64,000 nt of DNA from Candidatus Hopanoidivoransaceae bacterium (GCA_965204495.1 OZ241989.1:1641214-1705213), one strand, 5' to 3'. Positions 49,101-56,050 are shown, counted from the first letter of the stretch. Numbers and translations: made by a program. Notes: generated by a model not told the origin, from the sequence alone.

Positions 49101-52100
49101 TTGAAAGAAGCCGCGCCCTGCCTGCTCCCGGCGGTGATGATATAGCGGCAGCCCCTCAAAACCACAGAGATCTTGCCGTCTACATCGGTCGGCTCAAAGC
49201 AGAAATAAGTGTTGGCAGTAGAGAGACTGATATGTCTGCTCGCTTCAATCTCTATAGTCCTGCCGGCGGCCACAGACTGGGCGGGGAAGCTGAAAGACCG
49301 AAGATATGTGCCCAGGGATTGCGCCACATTAATGCTGGCTGTAGTCGTGGAGCCCCCAGCCGACCTGAAGCTCACATTAAAGCGGCCGAGGAAAGAAGGC
49401 GAGTAGTCGAAAACGCAGCTGTTGGCAGCGCGGTTGCTGATAGTGCCAGCAGTGGCAGACACAGAAGTGCAGAAAATCTCATAGTCCCCGTCGGTGGCGA
49501 AGCGTGAGAGGTTCACCTTCACACTGTTAGTGAAGAACAGCGTACCGGGAATATTCGTAGTCCGGATATTGGTATCCGGCCCGATATCCACAGTGAATGT
49601 CCCCGTAGTGGAAGACCCGCCAGAGGAGGTGAACATCGCGCTGAAGGTAGTCTCGCCCAGCAAGTTCGCCGCCAGGCTATTAACCGGATTCACCGTATAC
49701 ACGCAGCCTCTGCGAGTAACCGCCATTTTGTCGCTGTCAAAGCCGGTGGCATCCGCGCAGGTGATGGTGTTGGCGCCGTCTTCCACATGGTCGGTGGCGT
49801 CAATCCTCAAAATGCGGTTGCGGGGGACTGCGAGCGCGCCAGGGTCGGTAAACAGAATAGCCACATCGCCGCGGATGTTGACGGTGAAGGTGCCCGTTGT
49901 GCTGCTGCCGCCCTCGGAAGTGAAGACCACTCTGAAGATGGCATTGCCCCACCTGTTGGAAGGCAAGGTGTTCAAGGGATCCACCGTGAAAGCGCAGCCG
50001 TCGCCCGAAGTGCTGCGGGCTACCGACATGCGATATCTTATCAGCCCGAAGCCGATGTTAGGCAAGGTGGATATGTCGAACGCATCCGAGCAAGACACGG
50101 CGTAGGCGGTGTTTTCTCTCACATAGTCCAAAGCATTTATCACCAAAGTCCGGTTCCGCCCCACAGCCGGAACAGCAGGCGCGGTGAAGCTCACGCTGGA
50201 AGGCGGGCCGATGCTGAGATTGACAGTGCCGCTCTGCGTGTCGCCGCCTGTGGAAGTGTAATCCACCACCAAAGTAGCCGCGCCCTGCGCGCTGCCCGCC
50301 GCCAAAGTGAATCTGCAGCCGTTCACCGCAACCGATGTGAGCCTCGCGTGCCGTGTGCTCTGCTGGAAGCCGCACGAGATGGTGTAGCTGCCGTCTGCGG
50401 CATATGCGCCCACATCAATCGTCTTGGTGTTGCCCGCTCCGATCTTCACGGCCGCTGGAGCGGTGAAGACGATATCAGAAACAGGCGTTACGCTCATCGG
50501 AATCACGATGGATCGGGTAGCGCCGCCCGAAGAAGTCACCGGCACCGTGATAGCAACATTCTCCCCCGCTGCCGCAGCTGCTGTAGTTACAGTGAAGACG
50601 CAGTTGTTGCGAACCACCGAAGTGATCTTGGTGCTGTCTATATTGGTGGCATCGGCGCAGGTGAAGGTGTTGGCGCCGTCGGTCACATAGCTGGATGCCG
50701 TGATCTCTATGCTCCGCCCCGCCACCACCGACAGATCAGTGGGAGCTGTGTAGACGATGTTGTTTACATTCACGGTGAATGTGCCCGTGCCCGTGGCGCC
50801 GCCGCTGGAAGAATAAGGCACGGTGAAAGTCCCGTCGCCTGTGGAGGCCGTGCTGGCAATAGTAAACATGCAGCCGTTGCCAGAAGTGCTTCGCACCACC
50901 GAGGAGAACTTGGTGCTGTCAACGCCGGTGGCATCGCCGCAGGTGATCGCGTAAGGCCCGTCCGTAGCAGCGCCAGAGGCGTCTACCACCACCGTGCTGC
51001 TGGCGGACACGAACAGATTCTGCGGCGCGTTGAACGCGATGCTGGAAGCGGGCAGTATCCGCACCGTGACCACGCCGTTCACCTGGGTCGCTCCAGCCGA
51101 AACCTGCGTATAAGGCACATTGAAAGTAACATTTTCAAAAGCACGGCTGATAGGGCTAGGAGCCGGAGCTGTGACATAATACGAGCAGCCCGAACGGGTG
51201 ATAGTGAGCTTGCTGTCGTCTATAGCCGGGCCAGTGGCATCAGCGCAAGTAGCGGCATAATCCGAGCCGGTGAAATAGCTAGCGGCATTCACATAGACGC
51301 TCTCGCCCCCGGCCTGCACAGGCACCACTAATGGGGGAGCGAAGACGATATCCCCAGAAGCAGGCACAGCCATGGCATCCTGGCAGGCAACGGGGTTGAA
51401 GCCTTCGGAGATGGGATAGTCCTGCAGCACATATTGGCTGCTGGCGGTCTGCTGCAAGCCTGTCGGCAATGCTCCGGTGAAGTAGTTCCCGCAGATATAC
51501 ACCTGCCTCACCCCGGTGAATCTATTGCCTGCAGGATTGAGCGTTACCAGATTGCCCACAGCAGCAGGAATAGCACCGGTGAACTGGTTGTTGCTCAAGT
51601 CCAGCCTGAACAGATTCGTGAGACTGGATACACCAGCCGGTACGGAACCCGACAGCCTGTTGCCCTCCAGATCCAAAGTTACAAGGCTGGTGAGCGAACC
51701 TATCCCCGAAGGAATGCTCCCGGTGAGCAGGTTGTTGCTCAGCAGCAGATTCCTCATGGCGGTGAGCGAAGTCAGCTGCGAAGGAATAGAACCAGACAGG
51801 CGATTGCCGCTCAAGTTAAGATGCGTGAAAGCAGTGCTGGAAAGCGAACCCAACTGGCTCGGAATGCTCCCGGTGAGCTGGTTGCTGTCGAGATTCAGCT
51901 GCCTCAGATTGGAAAGCGAGCCCAACTGGCTGGGAATGCTCCCCGAGAGCTCATTACGATGCAGCGACAAGAACTGCAGGCTGCTGAGGTTGCCCAACTC
52001 AGAAGGAATCGGCCCCGAGAAATTATTGTCCGACAGATTAACATCATTCAAAGCAGACATAGACCCCAGCCACGAAGGAATATTCCCGGACAGCATGTGA

Positions 52101-55100
52101 TCGTCAGCTTCCAGCCTCTCCAGCGCAGTCAAATTCTGTATCTCGCTAGGCAAAGTCCCATGCACTATCGTGAATTGGCCCCCTACCGTACTCCTGGTGG
52201 CACTTATCACGAAATCGGTCACACGCCCGCCCGTCACCGTGATACCGATCCAATTCTGAACCAGCCTGTCCGAAGCCGTGCCCGTGCCCCACTCGACAGA
52301 AGCATCCCCCCACTCGCGAAACGCGTGAAACTCGGCCAAATCCCGGTTCGCTTCAAACCCGGCGAAATGATTCTGGATAGCCACCAGAGTCATGCAATCC
52401 TCAGCCAGATCGTTGTTAGCCCCCGTGACTCTCGGATTAGTCGTGAGATTCACGAAAGTCCCGTCCGTGCAACCCGCATTGCTCAAAAGCGGTATAGCCG
52501 TGCCCGACACCGCCCTGCTCACAGACAAAGTAATAGTGCCGGTAAGAGTGTCGCCCCCGCTAGAGGTATAAGGCACCGAAATCGCAGCCGTGCCCGCACC
52601 AGAAACAGCGGTGATGGGAACAACGCAGCCGCTTTGCGTGCCGAGGCTTATCAAAGCAGACGACTCCGCAATAGCCCCGCAAGAAATCGCATAATCGCCG
52701 TCCGCCGCGTAGCTGCTCGCATCCAGCACCAGCACCCGCCCCGCCAGCACCGACAAACTCCCCGCGCCTGTCGTGGGCGGAGCCGTGAAAACAATATCCG
52801 AAAGCGGGCGAATCAGCACAGAAATCACCCCGTCCGCAGAACCGCCCCTGCTGGAGCCATACGGCACAGTGAAACCAGCCGTGCCGCCCGCCCCCGCCCT
52901 AGCAGTAGCAGTAAACGAACAGCCGTTCCCGCCAGAATCGCGCACCACGCTCTGCCACAAAGACGAAACGCTCTCAGCATCACCGCAAGAAATCGTGTAG
53001 CTGCCGTCTGAAGCGTAAGCCGAAGCGTCAATCACGATGCTCTTCGTAGCCTCCACATTCAAACCCGAAGGAAAGCCCGCCACAGGAGCAGTAAAGACGA
53101 TATTAGCAGCCGCGCCCACAACCACAGGCACCACCCCGCTGACCGTAGCCCCCGTCTCAGAAGTATAAGGCACCGTGAAACTAGCCGCGCCCAGCGACGA
53201 GCCAGCAGTAACCCTGAACTCGCAAGTATCGCCCACACGCGCCACCGACGCGATCCTGGCGGTATTAGCAGTCGAATCGCCGCAAGTGACCCCCCAGAAA
53301 CCGCCATCAGTAGCATAGCTAGAAACATCAAACACCAAAGTCCCGCCCGCGCCGATAGCCAGAGCAGAAGGAGCCGTGAAAACCAGATTCCGAGCAGGCC
53401 CCACGCTCACAGGAATCACAGCCTGCCGAGTGTCGCCGCCAGCAGAAGAGTAAGTGATAGTGAAACTAGCCGAACCCGAAGCAGTGCCCGAAGAAGTGGT
53501 GGCGGTGAAAGTGCAAGAACTGCCCGTATGAGCAACCGAAGCCAGATTGCTGGTGAGCGCGCTGGCATCCGAACAAGTCAAAGCATAACTGCCGTCCGCC
53601 GCGAAACCGCCAGCATCAATCTCCAAAGTCCTGCTGCCAGCCTCAATGCGCAGATCGGCAGGAGCGGTATAGGCGATAATGCTGTCAGTGCCGATGTTTA
53701 TAGTGAAAGTGCCTGTAACAGTCGCGCTGCCCGTGGAAGTGAATTCCACAGAAAAAGTAGTATCGCCCTGATAGGACTGGGCGAGAGCGTTTTCGGGATC
53801 AACAGTGAAAGAACACCCATCGCCGGAAGTGCTGCGGGTTACTGTCATCCTGACGGCATCCACGCCTGTGGCATCAGCGCAGGTCACCGTGTATACGCCG
53901 GTTTCTGTGATCTGATCCAAGGCGTCAATCACCAGCGTGTAGTTCCGCCCAACCGTCAGAGTAGGCAGCGCAGTGAAAGCGAGAGTGCTGTCGGGGCCGA
54001 TATTGACAGTGAAAGTGCCTGTAGTCGTGGCACCGCCCGAAGAGGTGAAAGGCACAGAGAAAGTAGTGTCGCCTTGGTCGGCCGGCATCAAGGTGTCTAC
54101 GGGATCTATCGTGAAAGAACAGCTGCTGCCAGTGTGGGTAACAGTCATCTTCGTGGTATCCACTCCGGTGGCATCGCCGCAGGAGAAGGTGAAGCTGCCG
54201 TCGGTCGCGTAGCTGGAAGCGACAAAAGTCCGAGTGCGGTTCCGGGCCACTGTCAGAGTTCCCGGGTCGCTTAAGACAATGTTGGAGTCCGCGCCGATGT
54301 TTATTGTGAAAGTGCCGGTAGTGGTCGTTCCGCCTGTGGTAGTGAAGAGCACAGAGAAAGTCGTATCGCCTTGGTTGGCCGGCGTCAAGGTGTCTACAGG
54401 ATCAACGGTGAAAGAACAGCCATCGCCTGAAGTGCTGCGAGTGACAGTCATCTTGGTGGCATCCACGCCTGTGGGGTCAGCGCAGGTAACCGTGTGCCCG
54501 GTGTTCTCAGAGACATGATCCAAAGCGTCAATAACCAGCGTGTAGTTCCGCCCCACTGTCAGAGTAGACGGAGCAGTGAAAGAGAGATTGGAATCGGGGC
54601 CGATATTGACAGTAACCGTGCCCGTAGTGCTATGCCCGCCGCCTGAGGTGTAAGGAATGGTGAAAGTAGTATCGCCTTGGTTGGCCGGCGCCAGAGTGTC
54701 AACGGGGTCTATCGTGAAATTGCAGCTGCTGCCAGTGTGCGTAACAGCCAGCTTGTTGGCATCCACCCCGGTAGCGTCACCGCAGGTAACCGTGTAGGCG
54801 GGGTCCTCAGTCACATAGCCCAAAGCGTCTATCGCCAAAGTCTGATTCCGCCCGACCGTCAAAGTTCCAGGAGCGGTGTAAGCGACAGTAGATTCAGGGC
54901 CTACTTCAATGCTGATAGTGCCGTTCTCGGTGTCGCCGCCAGTTGAAGTGTAAGGCACCACGAAGCTAGCCGCGCCCTGAACTTGCTTGGGCGTTACAGT
55001 AAACACGCAGCCGCTGCGCGACACCGACATCAGCTCTGTGGTGTCAATGCTGGTGGCGTCCCCGCAAGTGATCGTGAAGTCGCTGTTAGCCTCAGTCGCG

Positions 55101-55927
55101 TAGTCCAACGCGTTGATCGTCTGCGTTCGGTTCGTGCCCACCTTCAACCCAGAAGGCGCGGTGAAGGTGATATTTGAAGCAGTGATCACACGCACAGTAA
55201 CAGTGCCCGTGTGGGTGTCGCCCCCGCTAGAGGTATAAGGAATCGAAATATTGGCGGTGCCCGTGGTGGAGCCGGCATTTACAGTAACATCGCAGCCCTG
55301 CTGATTGGAAAGGCTTATCAGGGCGGACGACTCGGTGATAGTCCCGCAAGTAATCGTGTAGCCGCCGGTGGAAGGACTGCTGTCAGAAGCATAAGTGTCC
55401 ATGCTGAGATTAAGCGAACCGCCGGCTTGGATAGTCGGGGCAGGCGAAGGCGCATTGAAAGTAATATCAGAGTTTCGAACGCAAAGTCGCCAAGTGCCGA
55501 AATCCCTCGTGCCACCACCTTGATGACCCCTCACCTCTCGGCCGCTGACTGCTAGATTTTCGCAGCCAACAGAGGCTGCAGTTTTGGCAGTTACCGTGAC
55601 TCTACAGCGGTTGATAGATACCGTAAACCTGGAAGTTGAAGGAACACTAACCGAACACTGAACATGCCAGTCTTGACCAGGAAAGTTTCTAGCATTAGAG
55701 CTGGTAGCGGGCACATCAACAGTTCTGCTTCCCCCTGGTGCTAATGTAAAACCACCGGCCCAACTGCCTCCGACGTATCCTGCCGCAGGCTGAGACACAG
55801 CCACCGAAACAGCAAATAGCAAAGCCGCGAACAAAGCCGCCGACACGAGCGAAGCGACAACCTTGCGAAGAGCCCGCCGTGCCAGCCGCGCATCACACTG
55901 GGGGGGGGTCTTACGCAGCGACTTCAT
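37199..55927 (-). CDS. Giant (6,242 aa) secreted/surface repeat protein: ~55 two-Cys ~97-aa modules + internal plant-type LRR block + Pro/Thr linker + unassigned C-terminal domain
   Basis: A single uninterrupted ORF of 18,729 nt. It has an N-terminal hydrophobic signal/anchor (VVASLVSAALFAALLFAVSVAVS). The module consensus read by eye is FTAP..L.VGRNRT..IDA..Y......YTI(S/T)C(G/A)DATG.....L.SV.R....C.FT(I/V).P.......G..TF.VPYTS.GG....G..TV.IGP.S.I. Confidence 0.85.
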   Translation of the reverse strand: MKSLRKTPPQCDARLARRALRKVVASLVSAALFAALLFAVSVAVSQPAAGYVGGSWAGGFTLAPGGSRTVDVPATSSNARNFPGQDWHVQCSVSVPSTSRFTVSINRCRVTVTAKTAASVGCENLAVSGREVRGHQGGGTRDFGTWRLCVRNSDITFNAPSPAPTIQAGGSLNLSMDTYASDSSPSTGGYTITCGTITESSALISLSNQQGCDVTVNAGSTTGTANISIPYTSSGGDTHTGTVTVRVITASNITFTAPSGLKVGTNRTQTINALDYATEANSDFTITCGDATSIDTTELMSVSRSGCVFTVTPKQVQGAASFVVPYTSTGGDTENGTISIEVGPESTVAYTAPGTLTVGRNQTLAIDALGYVTEDPAYTVTCGDATGVDANKLAVTHTGSSCNFTIDPVDTLAPANQGDTTFTIPYTSGGGHSTTGTVTVNIGPDSNLSFTAPSTLTVGRNYTLVIDALDHVSENTGHTVTCADPTGVDATKMTVTRSTSGDGCSFTVDPVDTLTPANQGDTTFSVLFTTTGGTTTTGTFTINIGADSNIVLSDPGTLTVARNRTRTFVASSYATDGSFTFSCGDATGVDTTKMTVTHTGSSCSFTIDPVDTLMPADQGDTTFSVPFTSSGGATTTGTFTVNIGPDSTLAFTALPTLTVGRNYTLVIDALDQITETGVYTVTCADATGVDAVRMTVTRSTSGDGCSFTVDPENALAQSYQGDTTFSVEFTSTGSATVTGTFTINIGTDSIIAYTAPADLRIEAGSRTLEIDAGGFAADGSYALTCSDASALTSNLASVAHTGSSCTFTATTSSGTASGSASFTITYSSAGGDTRQAVIPVSVGPARNLVFTAPSALAIGAGGTLVFDVSSYATDGGFWGVTCGDSTANTARIASVARVGDTCEFRVTAGSSLGAASFTVPYTSETGATVSGVVPVVVGAAANIVFTAPVAGFPSGLNVEATKSIVIDASAYASDGSYTISCGDAESVSSLWQSVVRDSGGNGCSFTATARAGAGGTAGFTVPYGSSRGGSADGVISVLIRPLSDIVFTAPPTTGAGSLSVLAGRVLVLDASSYAADGDYAISCGAIAESSALISLGTQSGCVVPITAVSGAGTAAISVPYTSSGGDTLTGTITLSVSRAVSGTAIPLLSNAGCTDGTFVNLTTNPRVTGANNDLAEDCMTLVAIQNHFAGFEANRDLAEFHAFREWGDASVEWGTGTASDRLVQNWIGITVTGGRVTDFVISATRSTVGGQFTIVHGTLPSEIQNLTALERLEADDHMLSGNIPSWLGSMSALNDVNLSDNNFSGPIPSELGNLSSLQFLSLHRNELSGSIPSQLGSLSNLRQLNLDSNQLTGSIPSQLGSLSSTAFTHLNLSGNRLSGSIPSQLTSLTAMRNLLLSNNLLTGSIPSGIGSLTSLVTLDLEGNRLSGSVPAGVSSLTNLFRLDLSNNQFTGAIPAAVGNLVTLNPAGNRFTGVRQVYICGNYFTGALPTGLQQTASSQYVLQDYPISEGFNPVACQDAMAVPASGDIVFAPPLVVPVQAGGESVYVNAASYFTGSDYAATCADATGPAIDDSKLTITRSGCSYYVTAPAPSPISRAFENVTFNVPYTQVSAGATQVNGVVTVRILPASSIAFNAPQNLFVSASSTVVVDASGAATDGPYAITCGDATGVDSTKFSSVVRSTSGNGCMFTIASTASTGDGTFTVPYSSSGGATGTGTFTVNVNNIVYTAPTDLSVVAGRSIEITASSYVTDGANTFTCADATNIDSTKITSVVRNNCVFTVTTAAAAAGENVAITVPVTSSGGATRSIVIPMSVTPVSDIVFTAPAAVKIGAGNTKTIDVGAYAADGSYTISCGFQQSTRHARLTSVAVNGCRFTLAAGSAQGAATLVVDYTSTGGDTQSGTVNLSIGPPSSVSFTAPAVPAVGRNRTLVINALDYVRENTAYAVSCSDAFDISTLPNIGFGLIRYRMSVARSTSGDGCAFTVDPLNTLPSNRWGNAIFRVVFTSEGGSSTTGTFTVNIRGDVAILFTDPGALAVPRNRILRIDATDHVEDGANTITCADATGFDSDKMAVTRRGCVYTVNPVNSLAANLLGETTFSAMFTSSGGSSTTGTFTVDIGPDTNIRTTNIPGTLFFTNSVKVNLSRFATDGDYEIFCTSVSATAGTISNRAANSCVFDYSPSFLGRFNVSFRSAGGSTTTASINVAQSLGTYLRSFSFPAQSVAAGRTIEIEASRHISLSTANTYFCFEPTDVDGKISVVLRGCRYIITAGSRQGAASFNVNFSITSGEVRSAAVAVNVGPASSIVFNAPAGLQVGRNRTLAIDATDYATDSSYTITCGDATGVDSTKLTSVSRNGCVFTVDPINSLVAGSQGDTSFTVPFTSSGGDTATGTFTVNIGPDSTITYTAPGALEIGRNFTLVIDASDYVSEISGSGYTIACSDAAGVAANRMAVARTANTCEYTVAPVGNSEANAADRLAPALQGDTTFAITFASTGGHTITRTLTINIGPDSDPMFTAPATNPAVGASLTRAVDVSSYATDGNYTISCGTISTTDADITLGTQTGCSVMITSVATTPQTADITIPYTSSGGGSTTGTLTLDVGVASNIVFTAPTGLKVGINRTQTIDASDYAADGGNTISCGTATNVDTTRLASVVRDTSGNGCGYTITPISTLTPAQQGTANFTVPYTSSGGDTQNGVIAIEVGPASNIVYTSPGTLSVARNLTLEIDASGYAADNAAYTISCGDATGVASARLAVTHTGSSCDFTIDPVDALAPGDQGTTTFTIPFTSDGGATGTGTVTVNIGPDSALTFTAPGTFTLGRNRTLVIDASAAISGENAAYTVSCADATGADATRMTVTRSTSGDGCSFTVDPVDTLAVGSQGDTTFSVAFSSTGGATATGTFTVNIGPDSTITANIPPATGAGRLQVARNLTLEIDASDYVAETSGSGYTISCSDARSIHSRLTSVARTASTCTYTIDPVNSATSGTATFVVTFTSTGGHSIVRTITVNVGPNSAITFTAPPTSGANRLLVGRNRTLAVDAGSYASETSGSGYTITCGDAVSIDTARLASVTHTGSSCSFTVTPVSSLSSSLQATNATFTVPYASSGGATADGIISVKVGPDSTITYNAPTLARGSNLRTFTIDASDYVSETSGSGYTISCGTATSVDTTEITSVTRLSNSCRYRIVLNGTQGSTGFTVPYTSTGGHAISRAVQITVGAASAIVFSAPASNPAVAASRTLTLDVGSYAADGSYTISCGTITESSALISLGNQTQGSCSIPIIAGTSTGTAAISVPYISSGGATLTRSITIDVGGASNISFTAPSDLKVGINRTQTINALDYASDSGYTITCGTATSVDTTRLTSVVRDASGNGCGYTITPISTLTQSQQGAASFTVPLTSDGGDTENAVFSIAVGPASTITFTPPSALLVPKNRTLVVDAAPYAVEANPTNYAISCGDATSIDTVELQSVTRTANTCTFTITPKNVAGSASFTVPYTSEGGHSVNGAIPVTVGTDSTITYSSPGTLTVGRNRTLTIDASGYVEEIASSGHTITCSDASGVDNTKLTSVTRTANTCSYTITPITTLTPALQGDTTFSITFTSSGGHEITRTITVNVGPDSTIVFTPPASNPAIAASRTRTIDVSSYAADGSYTISCGAITESSALISLGSQTGCSIPVTSGSSMGTATISIPYRSSGGHTLTSSLSIDVGAASSIVFTAPTGLKVGTNRTQTINALDYASDGGYTITCGTATNTGANVPTSGTVALASVVRDSSGNGCGYTITPTATQGTATFTIPYTSAGGDTSSENISITVGPPSTIVYSSPGTLRVGRNQTLEINASGYVSDNSAYTITCADATGVIATRMAVSRTANSCTFTIDPVDALAPANQGTTTFTIPFTSDGGHSITRTITVNIGPDSNLTFTAPSTFTLGRNRTLVIDALAAISGENAAYTVSCADATGVDANKMTVTRSSSGNGCSFTVDPVDTLATGSQGDATFSVPYTSTGGASASGTFTVNIGPDSTITANIPPATGANRLLVARNLTLEIDASDYVTEASSGYTISCSDARSIHSRLTSVARTANTCRYTIDPNNFAFPGAATFVVTFASTGGHSIDRTITVNVGANSAITFTPPPTTGANRLLVGRNRALVVNAGSYARETIGSGYTITCGDATSIDTTRLASVTHTGSSCSFTVTPVSSLSSTLQATNATFTVPYSSTGGATANGTISVKVGPDSTITYNAPTLERGNNLRTFTIDASDYVSETASSGYTISCGTATSVDTTEITSVTRLSNSCRYRIVLNGTQGSTGFTVPYTSTGGHAISRAVQITVGAASSIVFSAPSSNPAVAASRTLTLDVSSYATDGSYTISCGTITEFSALISLGAQTGCSIPITAATSTGTAFISVPYISSGGATTTRSISIDVGVASNIQFTAPSDLKVGINRTQTINALDYATDSGYTITCGTATSIDTTKLTSVARDSSGNGCGYTITPISTLTQSQQGSANFTVPLTSDGGDTENAVFSITVGPASTITFTPPSPALSVAKNRTITVDVSGYAVEANPTNYAISCGDATSIDTVELQSVTHTGRSCTFTINPKNVAGSASFTVPYTSEGGHSVAGAISVTVGPDSNIVYTPPTGLRVARNRTLEIDATDHFTESSTYTVTCGDATGIDNTRLTSVARTANTCTFTVDPVDTLAAGLQGNTTFTVPLSSTGGHARNALFTVNVGPDSNIVFAAPTGLKVGRNRTLAINALAAVTENPAYTVTCADATGVSANRMTVTRSSTGSRCVFTVDPVDTLATGLQGNTTFAVAFTSTGGATASGTFTVNIGPDSTITYNAPTGLLVGRNRTLTIDASGYVSESDSNNTITCGDATAIHSRLTSVARTANSCSYTIDPNNFATVGTATFAIAFTSDGGHTRTETISVEVGPDSNIRFTAPPTSGPNRLRIGRNLTLSIDALDYVNENAAYTVTCGDATGVDAARLTVTHTGSSCDFTIDPVDTLAQSLQGNTSFTIPYTSDGGATATGRITVNIGPDSAITFTAPTGLKIGRNRTLVIDALAAVSGENAAYTVSCADATGVDANRMTVTRSSSGSRCSFTVDPVDTLAVGSQGDTTFVVAFSSTGGATASGTFTVNIGPDSAIVYTAPAGLQVGRNRTLSVDLSNAATDGSYTVTCGDATNVHSRLSSVTRPDAQASPCVFAAAPRTTASLGTATFRVPFTSDGGATSTGTVSIAISQPSTIVFTAPDPALKIGINRTRTIDALDYVRDGNYTITCLDATGVDSTKLTSVTRSSSGNGCGYTINPISSLTQSQQGDATFTVPYRSAGGHVLNQEFTIGVGPASTIVYTAPVGANALTVGHNRTLTIDASSYATDGSYTISCGDARSIHARIDHITRNGCSFTITPVSGMTGAATFTIPYSSDGGHTRDGQVSVTIGAASNIVYSAPSGIVIPVSTARTIDVGSYAADGSYAISCGDATGVNASRLASVTHTGSSCSFEITAAANQGATSFVVPYRSAGGAALSGTISLSVGPASSIVFTAPSGLDVHVGETLLVHANDYASDGPYSLQCADATNRSASLTSVVRTANTCDFTITPGSSTGTGTFNVPYTSSGGATHTGTISVNISPQSTITFTAPTGLSVAAGRQITVDASTAADTGYTVSCGDATAVNPRIASVSRTGCSYAVRAGSIAGSASFTIPFTSTGGATLNSQIAITIGPRSSIAFTAPTGLSVQIGSTLTIDASDYAADSAYTITCGDATGVPSVFASVARTANTCNFVVTPGTSTGSGSFTVPYSSSGGATRNGSITVAVTPTSSIVFAPPPISGPDRLRIGAGNTRTISLASYATDGPYSITCGNATATEPAKLTDIHRNGCRYTITAAATAAQGNTTFTLTYTSSGGNTNNASFTINIGPASDIVYTAPADITLQANSAQGIDLSSYATDGTGNDAYTIGCLDATDIDPEISSVTRNGCVYTIRAGSTPGEADFHITYTSTGGDTHLATVHITITPAPVEPEERPAGPIQPIDPPARRPTPPPPTTTTTTTIPDPSRPTTTLEPDQPGPRWNTLTAQQGGTTPGQIRQAFNLGSTQTIYTWNTARQTWTRATRSSQAIPAGTRVSFRTEEAVTNREMRTSNLGGGTTRMRLTTGWSTLSIPQGITRTDDTDFLLDPTLTDCRNQQGIIAIASYSTRSRRWSISLPCHPTAQRRLTTGENAPYRPLMSIAPADTTYIFTRTRQPLTIRWNEDTQTYQVFQSIFTR
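51470..52500 (-). other. LRR block inside the giant ORF: LRRNT-like cap plus ~9-10 plant-specific-type 24-residue LRRs
   Basis: Approximate residues 1150-1485. The sequence reads ...NWIGITVTGGRVTDFVIS... then LTALERLEADDHMLSGNIPSWLGS / MSALNDVNLSDNNFSGPIPSELGN / LSSLQFLSLHRNELSGSIPSQLGS / LSNLRQLNLDSNQLTGSIPSQLGS, and so on. Confidence 0.8.
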
Positions 55928-56050
55928 TTTGACCTCACGCCGTGCCAGCCGCGCATCGCACGGGGGGGGGTCGCAGACGGCGATTTCATGCCAGCCTCAA
56001 GCCGCGCCAGCCGCGCATCGCACGGGGGGGGGGTGTCGTAGATGACTTTT
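55870..56050 (-). repeat. Triplicated ~62-nt start/leader unit of the giant gene, each copy with a poly-C (minus strand) tract: C9 (55900-55908), C9 (55962-55970), C10 (56024-56033)
   Basis: Minus-strand reading gives three units. Unit 1 is ATGAAGTCGCTGCGTAAGA-C9-AGTGTGATGCGCGGCTGGCACGGCGG. Unit 2 is ATGAAATCGCCGTCTGCGA-C9-GTGCGATGCGCGGCTGGCACGGCGTGAGGTCAAAATGA. Unit 3 is AAAAGTCATCTACGACA-C10-GTGCGATGCGCGGCTGGCGCGGC. Confidence 0.9.

Noticed and set aside
37425-55555. Dozens of + strand ORFs (60-525 aa; V/G/R/A-rich, many recurring with near-identical sequence) across the giant-gene region.
   Set aside because: They are antisense or alternate-frame shadows of the 18.7-kb minus-strand ORF in GC-rich repetitive DNA. 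Their recurrence simply mirrors the module repeats. They have no starts with an SD and no domain patterns.
55861-55927. A Tat-type signal (RRALRK) at the N-terminus of the giant protein.
   Set aside because: It is only a loose match to S/T-RR-x-F-L-K. Export of a 6,242-aa folded protein through Tat is implausible, so I treat it as a generic signal/anchor.
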